Below are positions 1-9,136 of a stretch of DNA of 42,220 nucleotides, one piece after another (the stretch's first letter is position 1; every line of letters starts with the position of its first letter). The position numbers and the translations under genes were made by a program. This DNA is from Cyanobacteria bacterium P01_H01_bin.35 (lineage in GTDB: Bacteria; Cyanobacteriota; Cyanobacteriia; Cyanobacteriales; Microcoleaceae): contig JBCDJM010000029.1 of NCBI GenBank assembly GCA_038747755.1, positions 1 through 42,220 of the forward strand, read 5' to 3'. The notes beneath the pieces were generated by a model. That model was not told the origin of the DNA. It did not search any database and saw nothing but the letters and a program-made list of their open reading frames with translations.

Positions 1-132
1 ATATCAATACTAGGTTTAAACCAAAAAGCAGAATCTTATTTAGCTCAGGGAAAATTAGATGAAGCAGATACAATTTGTAACGAAGCCTTGGTAAAACTAG
101 AAGATATAGCGTTAATTTACAATACCAAATAA
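1..132 (+). pseudogene. Truncated duplicate of the 5' end of the TPR-sulfotransferase gene that starts at 231
   Basis: nt 1-128 align without gaps to nt 243-370 (offset 242), with only a few mismatches near the end. Frame 1 reads ISILGLNQKAESYLAQGKLDEADTICNEALVKLEDIALIYNTK then TAA (130-132), i.e. residues 5-47 of the 614-aa ORF. The left edge is cut by the window. Confidence 0.6.
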
Positions 133-230
133 TGCCTGGTAATTGGTATAAGAATTCAGCCCAAAGCTTGCCTCCTATAATAGGAGTTACGTTATGAGGT
201 TTTGTCAAAGTTTTATGGAGTGAAAAAACA

Positions 231-2075
231 TTGGATCAAGAAATATCAATACTAGGTTTAAACCAAAAAGCAGAATCTTATTTAGCTCAGGGAAAATTAG
301 ATGAAGCAGATACAATTTGTAACGAAGCCTTGGTAAAACTAGAAGATATAGCGTTAATTTATAACACCAAAGGTAAAGTAGTTGCAGCAATGGGTAATGG
401 GAAATTGGCTCAGGAATATTATCAAAAAGCAATCTTAATTAATCCTAATTTTAGTCAAGCTCATTTCAACTTAGCTAATCTATATTTTCAACAAAAACAG
501 TGGGATTTAGCAACTGTTAGTTATCAAAATGCCATCAAAATTAATCCAAATGTTTCCTGGTATTACCAAAAATTAGGAACAGCATTGATGGAACTAAAAC
601 AGTGGGATGAGGCTGTCAATACTTACCATGTTGCTATTAAGATTGACCCTAATATATCAAATTATCACAATAATTTAGGGCAAGCTTTAACCAAACTCAA
701 AAGATGGAAAGAAGCAGCCATAGCTTATCAAAAAGCTATAGATATAAACCCCGATCGTTATTCCTACTACCATAATTTATGGGAAGTATTATTTAAGACA
801 AAAGAGTGGCATGAAACTACAGTTACTTATAAACAAACTTTAGAAAAAAATCCCAATGCTTATTGGTATTATTATCAACTAGGTTATGTATTGCACAAAC
901 AAGGATTAATAGATGAAGCCATCGCTTATTACCAAAAAGCTAAAGATTTAAAATCAGATTTAGCTTGGGTTAATAAAGATTTAGGGGATGCTCTTCTAGA
1001 AAAGAGAAATTCAGATGAAGCGATCGCTTGTTATATCAAAGCTATTCAATTACAGCCGGATCTATTTAGTGTTTATAATAAACTTAGGGCTATCTATAGG
1101 TATCAGTTAGTTAAACTAAATCAAAATCAATTAGATAAATTGATTAATTGTTACCAAGAAGCTATTAAGATTAAGCCAGAATTTACAGAACATTATCTGA
1201 ACTTAGCTAATATCTTGACTCAACAAGGTAAAGTTCAGGAAGCTAGCAGTTATTATCAAAAAGTCTTATCCATAAAGCTCAGAAAAACTCATCCAGAATT
1301 TGTCAAAAAATATGGAGATTTAATAGGTTCAGGTCAGCCAAATTTTATGATTATTGGCACAGTTAAAGGTGGCACATCATCTCTTTATTCTTATCTAACT
1401 AAACATCCCTCAATTTTGCCTGCTGTCAACAAAGAGCTACACTTTTTTAATGTTAATTTTCACAAGGGAATTGATTGGTATTTATCTCAGTTTCCTATAA
1501 TTCCAGAACAGGATAATTTTTTTACGGGAGAAGCAACACCTAACTATATTTATTCTGGAGAAACAGTAAGTAAATTGTTTAATTATTTTCCTAAAATTAA
1601 GTTAATCGCTATATTGAGGAATCCTATAGATAGGGCGGTTTCTCATTACTATATGATTCAACAACAAGGAACAGAAAAAAGAAGTCTTGAAAAAGTAATA
1701 AATATGGAAATGAATAAATTGCAAAAAATGAAAAATTCATCTGAGTTTAATGCTGATTTTTTACGAGACATCAAACCAAAATATCTAACTTTTGGTTTAT
1801 ACTTATATTTTATTCAAGAATGGATGAATGTTTTTCCTAAAGAACAGTTTTTAATCCTGAAAAGTGAAGATATGTATGAAAATCCGGCCGCGATAACAAA
1901 AAAAGTTTTTGATTTTTTAGGTCTACCAAATTATCAACTCTTAGAGTATAAACACTATTTTCCTGGTTCTTATCCTCCTATTAATGTCGATCTGCGTTGT
2001 CAACTGAATGAATTTTTTCAACCTTACAACCAAAAATTAGAAAAGTATCTAGGTACAAAATTTAATTGGAAATAA
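231..2075 (+). CDS. TPR-repeat protein fused to a C-terminal sulfotransferase domain
   Basis: 614-aa ORF. The N-terminal ~340 aa are degenerate 34-aa TPR units (recurring A..YQKAI.INPN... pattern). The C-terminal ~250 aa have a PAPS-binding 5'-PSB loop (IIGTVKGGTSSL) and a 3'-PB-like ILRNPIDRAVSHY. The TTG start at 231 is uncertain; GGAG lies at 216-219. Confidence 0.8.
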   Translation: MDQEISILGLNQKAESYLAQGKLDEADTICNEALVKLEDIALIYNTKGKVVAAMGNGKLAQEYYQKAILINPNFSQAHFNLANLYFQQKQWDLATVSYQNAIKINPNVSWYYQKLGTALMELKQWDEAVNTYHVAIKIDPNISNYHNNLGQALTKLKRWKEAAIAYQKAIDINPDRYSYYHNLWEVLFKTKEWHETTVTYKQTLEKNPNAYWYYYQLGYVLHKQGLIDEAIAYYQKAKDLKSDLAWVNKDLGDALLEKRNSDEAIACYIKAIQLQPDLFSVYNKLRAIYRYQLVKLNQNQLDKLINCYQEAIKIKPEFTEHYLNLANILTQQGKVQEASSYYQKVLSIKLRKTHPEFVKKYGDLIGSGQPNFMIIGTVKGGTSSLYSYLTKHPSILPAVNKELHFFNVNFHKGIDWYLSQFPIIPEQDNFFTGEATPNYIYSGETVSKLFNYFPKIKLIAILRNPIDRAVSHYYMIQQQGTEKRSLEKVINMEMNKLQKMKNSSEFNADFLRDIKPKYLTFGLYLYFIQEWMNVFPKEQFLILKSEDMYENPAAITKKVFDFLGLPNYQLLEYKHYFPGSYPPINVDLRCQLNEFFQPYNQKLEKYLGTKFNWK

Positions 2076-2076
2076 G

Positions 2077-2226
2077 TTCAATAATTAATAATGAACAATT
2101 AATAATTAATAATTACCTCTTCTTAAAAATAAGAGGATTGGTTAAAAGGATTTTTTTCTCCTTGCAAGGAGAGGCTTTAAACCTTTATTTTTCGGTAAGG
2201 ATTCAGCTATTAGCAGTCAGCTCTCA
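2077..2226 (+). repeat. Dispersed ~125-150 bp repeat (family B), copy 1, directly after a stop codon
   Basis: ttcaataattaataat...tacctcttcttaaaaataagagg...aaggagaggctttaaacctttatttttcggtaag is near-identical to the reverse complement of 23354-23477. It contains the hairpin cctctt-N9-aagagg. Confidence 0.8.
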
Positions 2227-2581
2227 GTTCTTTAATTAGGGTTTGCTGAAAAAGTATTATGAGTGAGGGAAGGAGTCAGGAGGAATGGGGAATTATAGAG
2301 GAGATAGTCGGCAAAATTGAGGGATAATTTTCTGCCATAATCATCCCCAAATACTAGCTTTTTAGCGGAAAAAGCTCAAAAATCTGGTACTTTTTAAGGA
2401 CTAAAAAATGCTACAATCTTTGCCTGTCAATGCTTTCATATTTAATCAGCAAGTCCTAATTAATCAAGCAATTATTGACTTTAACTTATAGAACATTTTC
2501 AAGCCATAAATTGAAGTACAAAAACGATAGTTTGAGTAGTCAACCCATACAATTAATTGTGTAGTGGTAAATGTAGATGTG

Positions 2582-2715
2582 CAGGGCTATTTCGTTCTAA
2601 TTTATGACTTTTTGTGCATTAACGAAAATATACCTTTTCAAGAATTTAAGTTTATATCAACCAATCTCTAAAAGCTAGTAAAATTGTCACTTTATTCTAG
2701 AATTAAATAGCCCTG
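2582..2715. repeat. Inverted repeat (~18-20 bp arms, ~92 bp spacer) upstream of the second TPR-sulfotransferase gene
   Basis: Left arm is cagggctatttcgttctaat (2582-2601). The reverse complement of the right arm 2694-2715 is cagggctatttaattctagaat, giving 16 of 18 matches. Confidence 0.5.
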
Positions 2716-2833
2716 GTAGATATATCTCAGAAACTAATAGCTGATACGCGATGTGCTGAATGCTTACTTAATTATTAATTATTTGGTAATGATATAATTA
2801 TCAGTAAGGCGATCGGGAGTAACAGTAAAATTA

Positions 2834-5332
2834 ATGGAAAATCCAGAAACAGCAGCATTAAAATTAAATCAAGAAGCAGAATCTTATTTAACTAAAGGAG
2901 ATTTTGATAAAGCTTATGCCACTTGTTTACAAGCTTTAGAATTAGTTCCTGATTTTCCAGCAGTTAGCAATACTATAGGGAAAATCATGGAAAAAATAGA
3001 TGCCTTAGATTCGGCTATTACTTGGTACAAAAAAGCTATCGAAAAACAACCGAATTTAGCTGAAGCTCATGCTAATTTAGGAAGTGTTTATGTCAAACAA
3101 CAGCAGTGGGATAAAGCCGTTGCCTCCTACCAAACAACCACTAAACTACAACCAAATTTTCCTAATGCCTACCGTGCTTTAGCAGAAATATATAATCAAA
3201 TAGATCAGCCAGAATTAGCAGTTTCTTGTCAGTATAAAGCATTTACTTTAAAACCAGAATTGGCAACAGATTTAGAATATTTGAAATTTGGAAAGGCACT
3301 ATTAAAATATAACCAAAAAGAAGAAGCGATCGCCTGTTACGAACAATCCCTTAAATTAAATCCAAATCTTTCTCAAGCACATCATAATTTAGGAGAAATT
3401 TATAGTCGAGAAGAAAAATGGCAAGCAGCTATATCAAGTTATCAAAAAGCCATTAAACTTAACCCAAAATTTTCCTGGTCTCATCACAGTTTAGGTAAAG
3501 CTTTTGCCAATACTCAGCAGTGGAAAAAAGCAATTTCTTCTTATCAAGAAGCACTTGAATTAAATCCTCAAGCTGCTGTTACTTATCATTGTCTGGGAGA
3601 TGCTTTAGTCAATCAAAAAGAATTAGATGCGGCAATTATTGCTTATCAAAAATCTCTAGAATTACAATCAGAAACTTGGGTAGTTCATCATAAATTAGCT
3701 AATCTTTTCCAAGAAAAAGGAGAGTTAGATACAGCTATTCTTGCCTACTATGAAGCTATTAAACTCAATCCTAATTTTCTCTGGTCTTACTACAGTTTAG
3801 GAGAAACATTAATCAAACTTCAAAGATGGAATGAAGCAGTAGTAGCTTATTTTTATGCCTTTAAAATTAATCAACATTTACCAAGTATCCACGAACAACT
3901 TGGATATGCTCTGGAAAAACAATCTCAATCAAATCTCAAAGAAACTATTGATTATTATTCTGAGATTATTCAAAATCCTCAACAACAGAAATCTAGCTCC
4001 ATCAAAGAATTATCAATTCAGTCAGAAGCTCCAGAATTTTACTTAAAACTTGGAAATTTATTAGGGCAAAAAAATCTATTTAATCCAGCAATAATAATTT
4101 ATAATATAGGTTTGCAGGTGCAGGAAAATCATCCAGAAATTACCAAGCAACTTGCCAAATTAGAAAACCAGAAAAATCAATTAGATCAGGAATTAAATGA
4201 TTGCCAAAATAAAGTCAATAAAAATCCCAATGTATTCATCTTTCATTATCAACTAGGGAATGTATTATTAAAACTTCAGATATTTCAAAAAGCTGCTACA
4301 GCCTACATCAATGCTATTCAAATTAAACCAGAACATCCCTGGTTTTTCTTCTATTCTGATTTATTAAATTTTCTGATTAAACAAGGAAAAATACAGCAAA
4401 TTTTAAAATTATTTCAACAAGCTACTCAAGAAAATCCGGACAGTATTTACTGTCACCTTAACCTTGGAGAAATTTTCACAGTAATAGGAGATTTAGAGTC
4501 AGCAATTAAAAATTATCAGACTGCCTGCTATAACAAAACTCGCCAATCTCATCCTACTTTTGTTACCCAACATTGGGATTTAAAAAATCCTAGAAATCCT
4601 CATTTTATTATTATTGGGGCACAAAAAAGTGGTACAACTTCCCTAGAAAATTATATTGCTCAACATCCCCAAGTAATAGCAGCAATTAAAAAAGAAACTC
4701 ATTTTTGGTATCGAGACTTCAAGAAAGGAATTAATTGGTATCTGGCACATTTTCCTCCTATTCCTAGATCGGAGAATTATATTACTGGAGAAGCAACTCC
4801 TAACTATCTAGAAAATTATCAAGCTGCGGAACGAATATATAATGTATTTCCTGAAGTTAAACTATTAGTAATCTTAAGAAATCCTGTAGATCGAACCTTC
4901 TCTCAATACCATCATTGGATTAAATTTAATTGGGACTATCGTTCGTTTGAAACAGCTATAAATTACGAGTTAGAAATACTCAGAAAAAATCCTGAAAAAC
5001 CTCAAGGAGACAAAACATATTGGCAGCAAGCAAGCAATTATATAGGACGTGGTGTTTATGTAGAATTTCTCAAAAAATGGTTAGCAGTATTTCCTAGAGA
5101 ACAAATACTAATTTTAAAAGGAGAAGACCTTTATGATAAACCTGTAGAGACTATGAAACAAGTCTTTAAATTTTTAGGATTACCAGAACATCAACTGCCT
5201 GAATATAGAAAGTTAAATCCTGGGCATTATTCACCAATAAATGATGAGATGCGCCAGAAATTGAGTGAATATTTTCAACCTCATAATCAAAGATTAGAGG
5301 AATATTTAGGAATGCAGTTTGATTGGGAATAA
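2834..5332 (+). CDS. TPR-repeat protein fused to a C-terminal sulfotransferase domain (paralog of 231..2075)
   Basis: 832-aa ORF with a long TPR array followed by a sulfotransferase domain (IIGAQKSGTTSL; ILRNPVDRTFSQY). The last ~260 aa are colinear with the C-terminus of the 614-aa ORF (e.g. GEATPNY, FLGLP, FQPxNQxLExYLG..F.W). Confidence 0.85.
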   Translation: MENPETAALKLNQEAESYLTKGDFDKAYATCLQALELVPDFPAVSNTIGKIMEKIDALDSAITWYKKAIEKQPNLAEAHANLGSVYVKQQQWDKAVASYQTTTKLQPNFPNAYRALAEIYNQIDQPELAVSCQYKAFTLKPELATDLEYLKFGKALLKYNQKEEAIACYEQSLKLNPNLSQAHHNLGEIYSREEKWQAAISSYQKAIKLNPKFSWSHHSLGKAFANTQQWKKAISSYQEALELNPQAAVTYHCLGDALVNQKELDAAIIAYQKSLELQSETWVVHHKLANLFQEKGELDTAILAYYEAIKLNPNFLWSYYSLGETLIKLQRWNEAVVAYFYAFKINQHLPSIHEQLGYALEKQSQSNLKETIDYYSEIIQNPQQQKSSSIKELSIQSEAPEFYLKLGNLLGQKNLFNPAIIIYNIGLQVQENHPEITKQLAKLENQKNQLDQELNDCQNKVNKNPNVFIFHYQLGNVLLKLQIFQKAATAYINAIQIKPEHPWFFFYSDLLNFLIKQGKIQQILKLFQQATQENPDSIYCHLNLGEIFTVIGDLESAIKNYQTACYNKTRQSHPTFVTQHWDLKNPRNPHFIIIGAQKSGTTSLENYIAQHPQVIAAIKKETHFWYRDFKKGINWYLAHFPPIPRSENYITGEATPNYLENYQAAERIYNVFPEVKLLVILRNPVDRTFSQYHHWIKFNWDYRSFETAINYELEILRKNPEKPQGDKTYWQQASNYIGRGVYVEFLKKWLAVFPREQILILKGEDLYDKPVETMKQVFKFLGLPEHQLPEYRKLNPGHYSPINDEMRQKLSEYFQPHNQRLEEYLGMQFDWE

Positions 5333-5419
5333 TACTGAAGCAAGTTCAGTATTTGGGAATAGTTACAATAAAATATAGGTAAAATTAAACAATCTCGTGA
5401 TTTTTATTTTAAGGAGTAG

Positions 5420-5668
5420 TTGATGGCAAGAAAAATTTTAAAAGGGAAAGATGCAAAAATGTTGACTAAAAGTCTAAAAAAAGATATTAAGTGGACTCCT
5501 AAAAAATTAACTCTTGCTGGAATTGGTTTATTAGTTCCCTATACAGCAATATTAGTCTATGTAATTTCCTTTGAACCCCCTTTAGGTTTAATAATTGTAA
5601 TGATAGCAGTTCCTGTGGTATTTTTCGGAGGTTTTTCTATGTTATACTTTTTAACAAAAAATCTGTGA
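5420..5668 (+). CDS. Small hypothetical membrane protein (2 predicted TM helices)
   Basis: 82-aa ORF. AAGGAG at 5411-5416 precedes ATG 5423 (one codon inside the TTG at 5420). Hydrophobic stretches are LAGIGLLVPYTAILVYVI and LGLIIVMIAVPVVFFGGFSMLYFL. No recognisable family. Confidence 0.4.
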   Translation: MMARKILKGKDAKMLTKSLKKDIKWTPKKLTLAGIGLLVPYTAILVYVISFEPPLGLIIVMIAVPVVFFGGFSMLYFLTKNL

Positions 5669-5767
5669 AAATGTGGCAAAAAATAGGTGCTTTGCTAATT
5701 GCTAATAGCTAATAGTTAATTGTAACAATTTAATCAACAACGGCCTCTTAGCAATTACTACATTTCA

Positions 5768-6766
5768 CTAAACTCCACTATTACGAATTACCCAACCCAT
5801 TAAATTTCGCCATTCAGAAGTTTTCGCCAATTTATCAGCATCCAAATCATCCCCCATATTCTCAGAAAATCCTGTAAAACTCTCAATCCAATTAATCACC
5901 GTTCCCACAGGTAAAAAAGGAGTATATTGCCAAGACTTTTGTAAATATTCCACCATCTCAGAATAAAAACCCGTATAGTACAAATACCATGAACTCCAGA
6001 CCAAAGTATTGTAACGCACCTGTTTTTCCAATAATCTAGCCCCCAAGGGTAGAGACTCCGAGGCAAAAAACTTATCCAAAACCCGATTAATAGATCGCGC
6101 CTGAGACACCCCATCCCGCATAGTATTCCGGTCATGCTGACGATAACAAACAGTAGACTGTCGCAACCAGTCAGCCTCACAATCCCGCAAAGCTAAACGC
6201 AAAACCAAGTCTACATCCTCCGCCTGACCTAATCCTGCTTCAAAACTCCCCACCTGTTTTAACCAATCCCGCCGAAACATCAAAGTACCCATTGTGCCAA
6301 TTGGTTTCCACCGCAACCACCCCTCCAAATCCAACTTAGGCACATAATTCCAAGGCGTCTCATCCTTAATAGTTTCACCCTGCTGATTAACTCTACGCCA
6401 CCCACTGTGAACAATGCCTAAATTTGGTTGCGCGTCAAAGACTCCCACCTGGGCGGTTAGTTTATCCGGTAAGAAAAAATCATCCGCATCCAAAAAAGCG
6501 ATTAATTCCCCCCGTGCCAAATCAATACCATGATTCCGGGCAGCCGAAACCCCTTGATTTTCTTGATATACATAACGAATCTTCTCAATATAAGGTTGCA
6601 GCGCCAAATGGGTATTGTCTGTGGAACCATCATCAATCACAATAATTTCATAAGATTGATAGGTTTGAGCTAAAATGCTTTCTATAGCTTGACTAATATA
6701 TCGATCGCAATTATATACAGGTATAATTACACTTACCCGTGGAGTTTTAGCAGTAGTTGACATCAA
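5768..6766 (-). CDS. Family 2 (GT-A fold) glycosyltransferase
   Basis: The N-terminus VSVIIPVYNCDRYISQAIESILAQTYQSYEIIVIDDGSTDNT and AFLDADDFF (DxD) are typical of GT2. The more likely start is ATG at 6763. Confidence 0.85.
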   Translation of the reverse strand: MMSTTAKTPRVSVIIPVYNCDRYISQAIESILAQTYQSYEIIVIDDGSTDNTHLALQPYIEKIRYVYQENQGVSAARNHGIDLARGELIAFLDADDFFLPDKLTAQVGVFDAQPNLGIVHSGWRRVNQQGETIKDETPWNYVPKLDLEGWLRWKPIGTMGTLMFRRDWLKQVGSFEAGLGQAEDVDLVLRLALRDCEADWLRQSTVCYRQHDRNTMRDGVSQARSINRVLDKFFASESLPLGARLLEKQVRYNTLVWSSWYLYYTGFYSEMVEYLQKSWQYTPFLPVGTVINWIESFTGFSENMGDDLDADKLAKTSEWRNLMGWVIRNSGV

Positions 6767-6998
6767 AATTATTCCTAAATATGTTTATAGGTATTTTACT
6801 TATATTCTACTTAGTAAGCTCTTATTCAGAATAATAATCTATAAATATGTACCGCTACAGGGAAGGTGTTCATACAAAAGTTGATCGCAAAATGTTTTTA
6901 ACTTGTACAAATTTCCTAACGTATTTACCTAGTGCTATACCTATTTTTTTGTAGGACTACCAAATTAATTGTAGAGACTAGCAAGAATAAAATAGATA

Positions 6999-7135
6999 AT
7001 ATCGTTTAGGGATAATTAGTGAGAAAAAACTTTCTCCTCTTTGTACGATTAAATTCTCTATTCTTCCCTCCTGACTCCTGACTCTTGACTCCTCCATCGT
7101 TATTTATAACTATTCAACCGGACATTATATAATAC
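6999..7135 (-). repeat. MITE-like repeat family A, degenerate copy
   Basis: ...gataattagtgagaaaaaactttctcct...ctcctgactcctgactcttgactcctcc...tatttataactattcaaccggacattatat is colinear with 40436-40586 and with the reverse complement of 15143-15286. It has an internal CTCCTGA heptamer tract. Confidence 0.7.
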
Positions 7136-7326
7136 CGAATTATCAGCAAAAGTTAAAAACCCTGCTAAAAAACAGGGAGTTTAGTAATTTATTCTCAATT
7201 ATTCAAACTTTAACAAAAGAGGAAAATATAAGTTGAATAGGGTAGGTTTAAACAAAAGGATCGACAATTAAACCCCAATATTAATTTTTCCTACCCATCC
7301 TAATTATTTCAGAATTAATATGACTA

Positions 7327-8787
7327 TTAACTCTGAGTTACAGGTTCCTTTTCTTTCGCTAAAAACTTCTCTAATTCTGTCAAAGCATCAGCATCAACTT
7401 TAGTTTGCATCGGACAGAATTTAGGTCCGCACATAGAACAAAATTCAGCAGTTTTATAGATATCCGCAGGCAAAGTTTCATCGTGATATTCCTTTGCTCT
7501 TTCTGGATCTAAAGATAATTCAAATTGACGCTGCCAATCAAAATTATAACGAGCAGCAGAAAGTTCATCATCCCGATCTCTCGCTCCCAGACGATGACGA
7601 CCAATATCTGCAGCATGGGCAGCAATTTTATAAGCAATTAACCCATTTCGCACATCCTCAGCATCCGGTAAACCTAAATGTTCTTTAGGAGTAACATAAC
7701 ATAACATTGCTGTACCATACCAACCTGCCATTGCAGCGCCAATAGCAGAAGTAATATGGTCATAACCAGGAGCAATATCTGTGACTAATGGACCTAAAAC
7801 ATAGAAAGGAGCAGGACCGACAACATTAAACTCTTCCATTTTTTCCTTGGCGTTAGATGCCAAAGGATCTAGCTCCAAAACATCCAAAGGAGGACTCGAA
7901 CACTCCTCCATTTGTTTTTTGACATTAAACTGAATTTGATCCATTGGTACATGACCAGGACCTTCTACCATAACTTGGAGATCGTGTTCCCAAGCACGAC
8001 GAGTTAACTGACCTAATGTTTTTAATTCTGCTAACTGCGCTTCATCAGAAGCGTCGTGAGTACAACCGGGTCGCAAAGAATCTCCTAAACTGAAAGAAAC
8101 ATCATATTTTTTGAAGATTTCAATGATATCGTCAAAATGGGTATATAATGGATTCTGCTTATGGTGGTGTAACATCCACCGAGCAATAATTCCACCGCCA
8201 CGGGAAACTATACCAGTAATACGACTTCTGACCAGAGGTAGATGTTCAATTAAAATTCCTGCGTGGATAGTTTGATAATCTACCCCTTGTTGAGCGTGCT
8301 TGTCTATAATATGAAGAAAGTCATCAGCAGTCAGATTTTCGATTCTGGTGTTAACGCTTTCTACTGCCTGGTAAACTGGTACTGTGCCTATCGGAACTGG
8401 TGAAGCGTTAATAATGGCAGTCCGAATTTTATCCAAGTTACCGCCACCTGTGGATAAGTCCATAACGGTATCTGCACCGTATTTAATAGACAATTTCAGT
8501 TTATCAACTTCCTGATTAATATCAGAAGAGTTAGGAGAGGCACCAATATTAGCATTAACCTTGCACCGAGAAGCAATGCCAATACACATCGGTTCGAGGT
8601 TGATGTGGTTAATATTAGCAGGGATAATCATCCGTCCCCTTGCTACTTCTTCGCGGATTAACTCAGCAGGGAGATTTTCTCGTTTGGCCACAAAGTCCAT
8701 TTCTTCAGTGATGATTCCCTGACGAGCATAGTGCATTTGAGAGACATTTTTATGTCCACTACGCTTAGCGATCCATTCTGTCCGCAT
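7327..8787 (-). CDS. thiC: Phosphomethylpyrimidine synthase ThiC (thiamine pyrimidine moiety)
   Basis: 486-aa ORF with hallmark ThiC blocks: [58 protein letters not shown], and the C-terminal Fe-S motif [15 protein letters not shown] riboswitch lies directly upstream. Confidence 0.95.
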   Translation of the reverse strand: MRTEWIAKRSGHKNVSQMHYARQGIITEEMDFVAKRENLPAELIREEVARGRMIIPANINHINLEPMCIGIASRCKVNANIGASPNSSDINQEVDKLKLSIKYGADTVMDLSTGGGNLDKIRTAIINASPVPIGTVPVYQAVESVNTRIENLTADDFLHIIDKHAQQGVDYQTIHAGILIEHLPLVRSRITGIVSRGGGIIARWMLHHHKQNPLYTHFDDIIEIFKKYDVSFSLGDSLRPGCTHDASDEAQLAELKTLGQLTRRAWEHDLQVMVEGPGHVPMDQIQFNVKKQMEECSSPPLDVLELDPLASNAKEKMEEFNVVGPAPFYVLGPLVTDIAPGYDHITSAIGAAMAGWYGTAMLCYVTPKEHLGLPDAEDVRNGLIAYKIAAHAADIGRHRLGARDRDDELSAARYNFDWQRQFELSLDPERAKEYHDETLPADIYKTAEFCSMCGPKFCPMQTKVDADALTELEKFLAKEKEPVTQS

Positions 8788-8807
8788 ATTTTTTCCCTTT
8801 AATAAAC

Positions 8808-8886
8808 AGCTTCCCTCCGCTGGTATTAACCAGTCTCAGGTTCTAAGGGTATTTCTCAGCCTGAATATTTAGGCACCCCTAGCTTA
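8808..8886 (-). promoter_or_regulatory. TPP (THI-box) riboswitch in the thiC leader
   Basis: The minus strand reads gctaggggtgcctaaatattcaggCTGAGAaatACCCTTagAACCTGAgactggtTAATACCagcggAGGGAA. This matches the conserved CUGAGA / ACCCUU.GAACCUGA / UAAUACC.GCG.AGGGA core of the TPP aptamer. It ends ~24 nt before the thiC ATG. Confidence 0.9.
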
Positions 8887-9136
8887 ACTTTTAAGTATAG
8901 CATTTTTTCGGGATCGATCGGAATTAAGTCAAAATTCAAAAATTTAAAGTCAAAAGTTAACAAAGAAATTGATGATTTTAATGTTACAAATTGACGTGCG
9001 GAATGTGGGTTGGAAGTAAACACTTTTTTCTCTCCAGTTTTATTGGATGTGAACTTTGACTATTCCAACTTACTGCCTTTATCTGTGGGGCAGATTGAAA
9101 CTGTTTCTGTTTTTAAGTTTTGTTAAAATATCTTGA

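Noticed and set aside
231-5332. Treating the two TPR-sulfotransferase genes as part of the NRPS cluster
   Set aside because: They are separated from it by more than 11 kb that includes housekeeping thiC and hemC, a defence module and an IS element. The cluster also has its own sulfotransferase.
7813-7896. Mini-intein in thiC
   Set aside because: The insert is only ~24-28 aa, with no Cys/Ser/Thr at the N-junction plus His-Asn at the C-junction and no intein blocks. The flanking 12-bp direct repeat points to a DNA-level insertion or duplication.
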